Shown: in pieces, positions 36,539-42,630 of the stretch | Position numbering within the stretch: position 1 is the stretch's first letter | Layout: each line of letters opens with the position of its first letter | Assembly (NCBI GenBank): GCA_963976765.1 | Contig: CAXBME010000045.1 | Coordinates: 1-42,630 of the forward strand | Length of the DNA stretch: 42,630 bases | Direction of reading: 5' to 3' | DNA from: an uncultured Planctomycetaceae bacterium | GTDB taxonomy: Bacteria; Planctomycetota; Planctomycetia; Planctomycetales; Planctomycetaceae | Program-made: the position numbers and the translations under genes | The notes under the pieces: model-generated | What the model was told of the DNA's origin: nothing | The model's input: only the letters and a program-made list of their open reading frames with translations | Database searches by the model: none

Positions 36539-37557
36539 CGAAGAATCGACAAGTTACGGTCTCAACAGGTTCCCGGCTGCACTTCGGCTTGCTGACGCAC
36601 CGACCAAAGTCCGGTCGCGAGTTTGGCGGCGTCGGCGTCATGATCAACTCGCCGGGCTGGACAGTCAGCGCTTCGGTCGCAAACAACGGTTCAGGGAAAA
36701 ATACGGACTGCATTGTCGTGGCGGACTCAGCAGGACTCGCTTGTCCCGAAACCGAATCCCGTGTCTCCCGCATCGTGGAACGCTTTCGCCAGCTTCCCGA
36801 CGCGAACGTTCCCACATTGAGCATCGAAGTCTCACAGGCCATCCCTTCGCATCGTGGTTTGGGGTCCGGGACTCAGCTGGCATTGGCGACAGCCCGCGCG
36901 ATCACCGCCTGCCTGGAAATGGGGGAGGTCTCGGCAGGCAAACTTGCCGAACTCACCGGGCGAGGTCTGCGATCGGCTGTTGGCACATGGGGCTTCGGAG
37001 CCGGTGGCCTCATCGTTGATGGAGGAAAGCAGGAAACGGATGCCGTGGGTTCGATGGCCGCGCGGTTGAAGTTCCCGCCCGACTGGAGATTCCTGCTGAT
37101 TTCTCCTCAGAGCTTCAGCGGTCTTTCGGGGGAAGACGAAATCACTGCCTTTCGCGAACTTCCCGGAATGCCGCAGAAAACGACCGACGCACTGTGCCGG
37201 CTGATCGTGATGGAGATTCTTCCCGCCATTCAAAATCGGGATTTCAACCAGGCATCGCTCGCGCTCGCGGAGTACGGAAATCTGGCTGGTGAATACTTTG
37301 CCCCCGCTCAGGGCGGCGTGTTCATCGATCCTCGAATGCAGGAATTCAGCCGCCTGCTTGCCGAGAACGGAATCGAAGGTTTCGTGCAGACGTCATGGGG
37401 ACCAACCTGCGCGGCACTGTGCCGGGACGATGACATGGCAAGTCAGGCTGCGACACTGATTCAATCGTCGCCCGGTTCTGACGATTACGAATGCGCGATC
37501 GCAAAACCGCTCAACGCCGGAGCGACCATCGAAGTAGCTGAAGCCTCCGATGTCTGA
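36535..37557 (+). CDS. mptG: Beta-ribofuranosylaminobenzene 5'-phosphate synthase (GHMP fold)
   Basis: SRLHFGL, FGGVG, IPSHRGLGSGTQL, GRGLRS, GGLIVDGG, QTSWGPT. ATGA overlap with DUF447. Confidence 0.9.
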   Translation: MTKNRQVTVSTGSRLHFGLLTHRPKSGREFGGVGVMINSPGWTVSASVANNGSGKNTDCIVVADSAGLACPETESRVSRIVERFRQLPDANVPTLSIEVSQAIPSHRGLGSGTQLALATARAITACLEMGEVSAGKLAELTGRGLRSAVGTWGFGAGGLIVDGGKQETDAVGSMAARLKFPPDWRFLLISPQSFSGLSGEDEITAFRELPGMPQKTTDALCRLIVMEILPAIQNRDFNQASLALAEYGNLAGEYFAPAQGGVFIDPRMQEFSRLLAENGIEGFVQTSWGPTCAALCRDDDMASQAATLIQSSPGSDDYECAIAKPLNAGATIEVAEASDV

Positions 37558-37558
37558 C

Positions 37559-39094
37559 CTACTGCCAGTAGTTGCGGTCGAGCGTTCGGTAATTGATCGC
37601 TTCGCTCAAATGTGCCGCCGAGATCTGATCGGCCTGTTCAAGGTCGGCGATGGTCCGGCTGACGCGAAGGATCTTGTCGTGGGCTCGTGCGGAAAGTCCC
37701 ATTTCTTCCATCGCTGTTTTGAGCAGGTTTTCGGCATCGGTTTCAAGTTTGCAGTAAGTACGAATCTGCTTGGGCGACATTCGACCGTTGACCATCGCCG
37801 GCTGACCTGCGAAACGTCGAGTCTGCATTTCCCGCGCGACGATCACGTCATCGCGCATCTTCGAGCTGTCAGTTCCGGATGCCTTGTTCGACAATTCGCG
37901 AAACGGCACATTGGGAACTTCAACGTGAATGTCGATCCGGTCAAGCAGTGGCCCGCTGATTCGGCCGATGTACCGTTCAACCTGCATCGGACTGCAATTA
38001 CAGGCTCGCTTCGGGTCACCTCGAAAGCCACAGGGGCAGGGATTCATCGCGGCAACCAGCATCAGGTTTGCCGGGAATGTCACGCTGCCGATCGCCCGGG
38101 AAATGGTGACGCATGCTTCTTCCAGCGGCTGCCGCATGACTTCCAGAGTTCGTCGATTAAATTCGGGAAGCTCGTCGAGAAACAGGATTCCGTTATGAGC
38201 AAGGCTGATTTCTCCCGGAGCAGGGATGCTGCCTCCACCAACCAGGCCGGCTTCACTGATCGTATGATGCGGCGATCGAAACGGTCGAATCGCCATCAGG
38301 GCCTGTTCACGGTCCAGCCTTCCGACGGCGCTCCAGATCCGGGTTGTTTCCAGACTCTCTTCCGGATGCAGCCTTGGAAGAATCGTCGCCAGCCGTCGCG
38401 CAAGCAGGGTCTTGCCGGTTCCTGGCGAACCGATCATCAGAAGATGGTGCATGCCGGCAGCAGCAACCGAAACAGCTCGTTTGGCATTCTCCTGGCCTTT
38501 AACGTCGGCATAGTCGACGTCGTAGCGACCAAGCTCTTCGATGGCTTCTTCCCAACTAAACTCCAGCGGGTCGATCGAAATCTGCTCGGCGAAAAATCCA
38601 ACAGCCTCGGTCAGACTTCCCACCGGAATGACTTCGAGACCTTCGACGACGGCGGCTTCACGACCGTTGGCAACCGGGACGATGATTCCCTTCATTCCCT
38701 GCTCGCGTGCCGAAATCGCCATCGACAGTACGCCCTTGACCGGCCGCACTGTTCCGTCAAGAGCCAGCTCACCAACCGCCGAATAGCTGGCAAAACGGTC
38801 CGAGCTGAGCTGACCACTGGCCGCCAGCATTCCTAACGAGATCGGCAGATCGAACGAGGCCGCGTCCTTTGGCAGATCAGCTGGCGACAGGTTAATCACG
38901 ATTCGGTCAACGGGCCGTGTGTAGCCGCTGTTGACCAGCGCTCGTTCGATGCGATGGATGCTCTCTTTCACTGCCGCTTCAGCAAGCCCGACAAGAGTTG
39001 TCCTTGGCATCGCTGCGGGAGAAATATCGACTTCCACCTCGACAGCATGAGCCTCGATCCCGAGCAGCGAATACGTCGACAGTTTTCCCAGCAT
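37559..39094 (-). CDS. comM: YifB/ComM Mg-chelatase-like AAA+ ATPase
   Basis: INLSPADLPK, GELALDG, GSPGTGKT, RPFRSPHHT, GEISLAHNGILFLDELPEF, AMNPCPCG, ISGPLLDRID, RTIADL. Confidence 0.93.
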   Translation of the reverse strand: MLGKLSTYSLLGIEAHAVEVEVDISPAAMPRTTLVGLAEAAVKESIHRIERALVNSGYTRPVDRIVINLSPADLPKDAASFDLPISLGMLAASGQLSSDRFASYSAVGELALDGTVRPVKGVLSMAISAREQGMKGIIVPVANGREAAVVEGLEVIPVGSLTEAVGFFAEQISIDPLEFSWEEAIEELGRYDVDYADVKGQENAKRAVSVAAAGMHHLLMIGSPGTGKTLLARRLATILPRLHPEESLETTRIWSAVGRLDREQALMAIRPFRSPHHTISEAGLVGGGSIPAPGEISLAHNGILFLDELPEFNRRTLEVMRQPLEEACVTISRAIGSVTFPANLMLVAAMNPCPCGFRGDPKRACNCSPMQVERYIGRISGPLLDRIDIHVEVPNVPFRELSNKASGTDSSKMRDDVIVAREMQTRRFAGQPAMVNGRMSPKQIRTYCKLETDAENLLKTAMEEMGLSARAHDKILRVSRTIADLEQADQISAAHLSEAINYRTLDRNYWQ

Positions 39095-39204
39095 GAGCCC
39101 GCCATTCCAGCCTGGGACGCCACTTGGACCGTCCCGTACGGATCCGCAAATTGACCGACAAACGTCCTCGTCACATTGAGGACTCATCAGACGTTCAATC
39201 GCAC

Positions 39205-39233
39205 AGTTCACGCCAGAACACATGAGCTGTCAA
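39205..39233 (-). promoter_or_regulatory. Possible sigma70 promoter for comM
   Basis: TTGACA, 17 nt, TGAACT on the minus strand, about 110 nt upstream of the start. Confidence 0.5.
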
Positions 39234-39309
39234 GCGATGACAACGTTTGTTTTGGAGAAACAGGCAGAGAATCGCGAACACATTCAGCTGTCCTATTCGC
39301 TGGCGTCAA

Positions 39310-39633
39310 TCACTTCACCCGCCACCCCCCTGTCAAGAAAATTGTTACCGCGTAAACAGCAAACGGCATTGCGATAAAACCAGTCACTCCCACCGCAGTC
39401 AGCGACGCAACAAGTGCAATCGATCTGTGTTTTCGCCAGACCGTGTAGAGACCATGCAACCAGACAGTTGGGTAAATCAGAAACGGTGCGCTGAATCCAA
39501 GACTGGCCAGCGGAAGACCTGTGAAGTACGCCAGCGAGACTACGACAACAGCGAAAACAGCCACGCAGGTGATCGTCCTGGCAAACAGCCGAACAGACAA
39601 ATGCACGAGCAGATGAGACCTTATGTCTGGCAT
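39310..39633 (-). CDS. Small hypothetical membrane protein
   Basis: 107-aa ORF with about three hydrophobic segments, co-oriented with neighbours. No known motif. Confidence 0.45.
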   Translation of the reverse strand: MPDIRSHLLVHLSVRLFARTITCVAVFAVVVVSLAYFTGLPLASLGFSAPFLIYPTVWLHGLYTVWRKHRSIALVASLTAVGVTGFIAMPFAVYAVTIFLTGGWRVK

Positions 39634-39710
39634 AGATCTGTGTAAATCGGACGAATTGCCTGGTGATGCTTCAGGACGCCGCTGGCAGCATGGCCAAAGG
39701 CTCTGAGCGA

Positions 39711-40130
39711 CTACTTCGGCGACTTTGGCGATCCTTCTTCGTCATGGAATTCCGCCCAGCGGTCCCACGCATAACACCACTCCATCCACATCCGGAGCAG
39801 CGACCACAGCAGTCGCATCTTAGCGACGCCATCGTTTGACATGGCTCGGGCAGCGGCCGCCGTTGAATTGACTTCCTGACGCAGTCCCCACCGTTCCGCC
39901 AGAAGCCTGGCAACTGCGTCGGACGACAGGTTTGGCTCAACCGCTTCGTCAGTCAGACCCGCTCCGTTGGCCAGGACAAACAACTCGAACAGCCGACCGC
40001 GGTACGGTTCCATTTCCAGCGGTCTGGTATTCGCTTCGGCTTCGTCAACGATCAGCTGCAACTGAGCAGCGACATGCTCAATCAATGATGCCTGCGAAAC
40101 AGGAGTGTCCAGTTTTACGTTTTCAGTCAC
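39711..40130 (-). CDS. Conserved hypothetical protein
   Basis: PLEMEPYRGRLFELFV and LLWSLLRMWMEW.YAW.RW.EFH look like conserved blocks. Start uncertain (40130 or 40214). Confidence 0.7.
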   Translation of the reverse strand: MTENVKLDTPVSQASLIEHVAAQLQLIVDEAEANTRPLEMEPYRGRLFELFVLANGAGLTDEAVEPNLSSDAVARLLAERWGLRQEVNSTAAAARAMSNDGVAKMRLLWSLLRMWMEWCYAWDRWAEFHDEEGSPKSPK

Positions 40131-40512
40131 GGCGAAGTTCCCGGATTCGAAGCAATCGAGTTTAGGTGGAAGCCTGTCGAAGTATGACAGAGATGCAGAT
40201 TCGACGCTTGCCACTGGCCGTTAGCCGCCCGGCATCGTACGGCTTTCGAAACTCGATTCCAACAGCGTCCAGTTCTTCGGACAGCCAGTTTTCGAACGAA
40301 TTTGCCGCATTCGTGATAATCCGAACGTGCGGAAAACCCGGAGCAGAAAGAAGGCCCGGGTTCGGCATCGCACAACCGCTGTTGCTGCAGCTACTGCGAC
40401 GAGAATTCAGGAATTTGAGCAACGTGAGAAATAAACTCGATATTGCCCGAATTTCGCCGGTCTGATACGAGGCGTCCAGCTGCCGGTCTCCTCCTCAAAT
40501 CCGGACGGGACA

Positions 40513-41769
40513 ATGATTTCTCGAAGTTTATCCGACATCGCAATCGCCTCTCTGCTGGCGATTCTGACAACTCTTACCACGTCCGCCTTCGCTTCCGGCT
40601 GGAAACCTTCGGGCAAGCCGGCTTCGTCGGTGACTCCGACCGCGTTTCAGGAACCTGTTGCGGCTCCAGAGTTTGTACTCGATGCCTCCGACGCCGCTCC
40701 CCCATTTCTGCCGCCGATCCCTGAATCGGAATCAGTCAACAAGGCTGACACTTCCAGGCGGGAAGAAAGCGATGTCGAACCATCAGTTCCACTGGAAGTT
40801 CCCGATTTTGAACCTGGCGAGACTGTCTCCGGGGCAGAATCGAAAGTCGTTGCTGAGTCGTCCGACAAAGCTTCGGTCGAGAGAGAAAACGCCGACAGCA
40901 AGGTGTCTGGTGAATCAAAACTCAAATTGTCCGATGCGGCCGAAGACTCCGAAGAACTCGTGAAACCGGCTGACTGGCTCGGTCGATGGAACATGTCATC
41001 AATGGACTGGGTGCTGCGAAACGGTTCCGACGGGATTGGTTTCTTCAGCCTGACGGGTGACGCGCCGGCGTGGGAATTCGACCTGAACAGCGACAAGGAA
41101 GGTCTCGAAGTTGACTTCGGATCGGGCATTCATTTTGTCGACGGACCGGGACACGCCGGTAGCGACCTGCCTCCACGATTGTTCGACATCTTCTGGAACA
41201 CTCGCTTCAAGGCGGAAACAGACTACGGCTTCGGTATCGATGCCAATTTTAAGATGGGCCTCTTTACTGACTTCGAAGACAGCGTGCGGGAAGGCTGGCG
41301 ATTTCCAGGGCGGGTTCTGGCCTACGCAGACCTCTGGAACAGCAGCAATGAAGTTGGCCGTTTCGTCGCTGGCTTCGAGTACCTTGACCTTGAGCAGACC
41401 GAAATCCTGCCTGCTGGCGGAGTAATTTTCGAACCGAATCCGGATACACGAATCGATCTTTACTTCCCTCGACCGCAGATTCGATTTCGAGTCGACCAGG
41501 AGGAGAGCGGCGACCAGTGGCTGTACTTCCGCGGTGAATACCACGGTTCCGCCTGGGCCATCGAGCGAGACTCTGGAAACGCAGACGTCGTCTCACTGAC
41601 CGAATACCGGGCTTCGATCGGTCTGGAATCGATCCCCAGCGATAAAGAAGAATCGTCGTCGTTCCTCGAAGTCGGTTTCCTTTTCAACCGCGACCTCGAA
41701 TACCGGTCCGGCATCGGCAACTTCCAACCGGGCGACACCATCGTTATCCGGTTAGGCAGCCGTTATTAG
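40513..41769 (+). CDS. Outer-membrane beta-barrel protein (DUF6268-like) with acidic N-terminal linker
   Basis: Signal peptide, DLPPRLFD, GLFTDFE, ILPAGGVIF, FPRP, EVGFLFNRDLEY and terminal RY. Confidence 0.8.
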   Translation: MISRSLSDIAIASLLAILTTLTTSAFASGWKPSGKPASSVTPTAFQEPVAAPEFVLDASDAAPPFLPPIPESESVNKADTSRREESDVEPSVPLEVPDFEPGETVSGAESKVVAESSDKASVERENADSKVSGESKLKLSDAAEDSEELVKPADWLGRWNMSSMDWVLRNGSDGIGFFSLTGDAPAWEFDLNSDKEGLEVDFGSGIHFVDGPGHAGSDLPPRLFDIFWNTRFKAETDYGFGIDANFKMGLFTDFEDSVREGWRFPGRVLAYADLWNSSNEVGRFVAGFEYLDLEQTEILPAGGVIFEPNPDTRIDLYFPRPQIRFRVDQEESGDQWLYFRGEYHGSAWAIERDSGNADVVSLTEYRASIGLESIPSDKEESSSFLEVGFLFNRDLEYRSGIGNFQPGDTIVIRLGSRY

Positions 41770-41790
41770 TGAATCATCGGACGCCAACTA

Positions 41791-42228
41791 TCACTCTGCA
41801 GTCAGTGCGATATCGATTGTGTTATCACCTGATTTGACTTCCTTGCTGATCGAGCCATCCATTGCGCTGTCTGGCAGTGGCTTAATCATCACCTGGCCCT
41901 CTTCGAGATCCGCAGGATCATCAGGAAGGTCGTCCGCAGCCTCAGTCGTTATACGCTCAACCGTGACTGAGTGTGTCCCCACAACGGCCCCTTCGGCATC
42001 CGCCACATAGACCAGGGTATAATGTCCGGTCGTGTCAGTCTGCCCGGTCGACGGTCGCCCTCCCTGCTCTGGCGTAAAGTTGACGATGGCATCTGCCAGC
42101 GGTTTTCCATCAAGGCTTACGGTTCCTGAAACGGTTCCCAGTTCCGGAAGGTCACTTCGACCACATCCTGCAATCAGAAAAGTCGCAACACAAAGAAGTA
42201 TTACTGAAAGATTCGGTCGACCTGACAT
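41791..42228 (-). CDS. Lipoprotein with carboxypeptidase-regulatory-like domain (DUF1559 partner)
   Basis: Lipobox IAGC, VSGTVSLDGKPL, FTP, TDTTGHY, GA.VG.H.V. Confidence 0.88.
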   Translation of the reverse strand: MSGRPNLSVILLCVATFLIAGCGRSDLPELGTVSGTVSLDGKPLADAIVNFTPEQGGRPSTGQTDTTGHYTLVYVADAEGAVVGTHSVTVERITTEAADDLPDDPADLEEGQVMIKPLPDSAMDGSISKEVKSGDNTIDIALTAE

Positions 42229-42504
42229 TACGCGGTTCCTTTGCAAATCAGCAGGCCCGAAGCCTCGCTGCAGATCCCCTTGAGCAGAGTGCTGTCACGC
42301 TCGTGGAAGTTTGTGTGGGAGAGAAGCGGCGTTCTGCGCGAACCAGAACGGCAACTTTGACGAAAGGCAGAACAGCCTCAAAGCGACCAACATCGCTGAA
42401 GTAATCAAGGCGGAAATCAGCAGGATTGATTCATCCTGCTCAACGATCCGTCAAGCAGGATGAAAATCAATCGACAATGAACAGCCGCCTTGAGCAGAAT
42501 TAAA

Positions 42505-42575
42505 TCAGAAGTCACCGAGCACCAGCTCGTCATCTTTCATCCCCAGCCGTTGATACGTCCCGAAGTCTTCCGTAT
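42505..42575 (-). pseudogene. 3' end of a DUF1559 (prepilin-like) gene, cut off from its body
   Basis: Reads NTEDFGTYQRLGMKDDELVLGDF*, a typical DUF1559 C-terminus, upstream of the usual partner lipoprotein. An in-frame TGA lies just upstream at 42592-42594. Confidence 0.7.
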
Positions 42576-42630
42576 TAGGTCGTGTTGACAATCACTTCAG
42601 AAGGTTGATGACGGCAGCGAAGCTCCAGAA
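42576..42630 (-). mobile_element. Right end of a probable IS5-family element (partial)
   Basis: ORF end FWSFAAVINLLK* is followed at once by ttgtcaacacgacc-TA(A), i.e. a TAGGTCGTGTTGACA TIR-like end with a TA target. Only 55 nt are visible. Confidence 0.6.

Noticed and set aside
39190..39225. LexA-like GTTC/GAAC half sites over the comM promoter
   Set aside because: The spacings (N6, N9) match no LexA box I know.
40162..40422. 86-aa minus-strand ORF
   Set aside because: Lies in a divergent promoter region with no RBS or motif; cannot be supported.
42420..42473. Inverted repeat gattgattcatcctgct / agcaggatgaaaatcaatc
   Set aside because: Probably an ordinary mRNA-stabilising hairpin between the DUF1559 gene and its lipoprotein partner.

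Overview
Chromosomal segment of a Planctomycete, probably Planctomycetaceae. Supporting genes include a DUF1559 pilin-like gene end with its partner lipoprotein, a PVC-type CxxCH protein, a PQQ-like beta-propeller, two DUF6268-like outer-membrane barrels, an N-terminal-only GlmU, and the H4MPT genes DUF447/mptG. Most of it is a patchwork of housekeeping genes: nrdR, moaC, moaD, aas-type fusion, PduO-type adenosyltransferase, scpB, comM/yifB and archease. The ORF track misses several features: (i) a tRNA-Ile/tRNA-Ala pair with no upstream 16S rRNA, a strictly 7-nt-periodic palindromic spacer, and a stringent-type sigma70 promoter pointing out of the window; (ii) a ~1 kb structured intergenic region holding a probable 6S-like ncRNA and a second candidate sRNA or small ORF; (iii) IS630 and IS982 remnants and a probable IS5 end inserted into the DUF1559 gene; (iv) a REP doublet. 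Unusual proteins include an 1844-aa deacetylase/FG-GAP/dehydrogenase/cytochrome c fusion, a PilZ-TM-LTXXQ protein, a heme-c sensor kinase, and a Ser/Thr kinase whose 14-repeat WD40 block differs in base composition from its flanks. I found no CRISPR array, reverse transcriptase, prophage or clear new multi-gene system. The candidates below are hypotheses from manual reading only; no searches were run.
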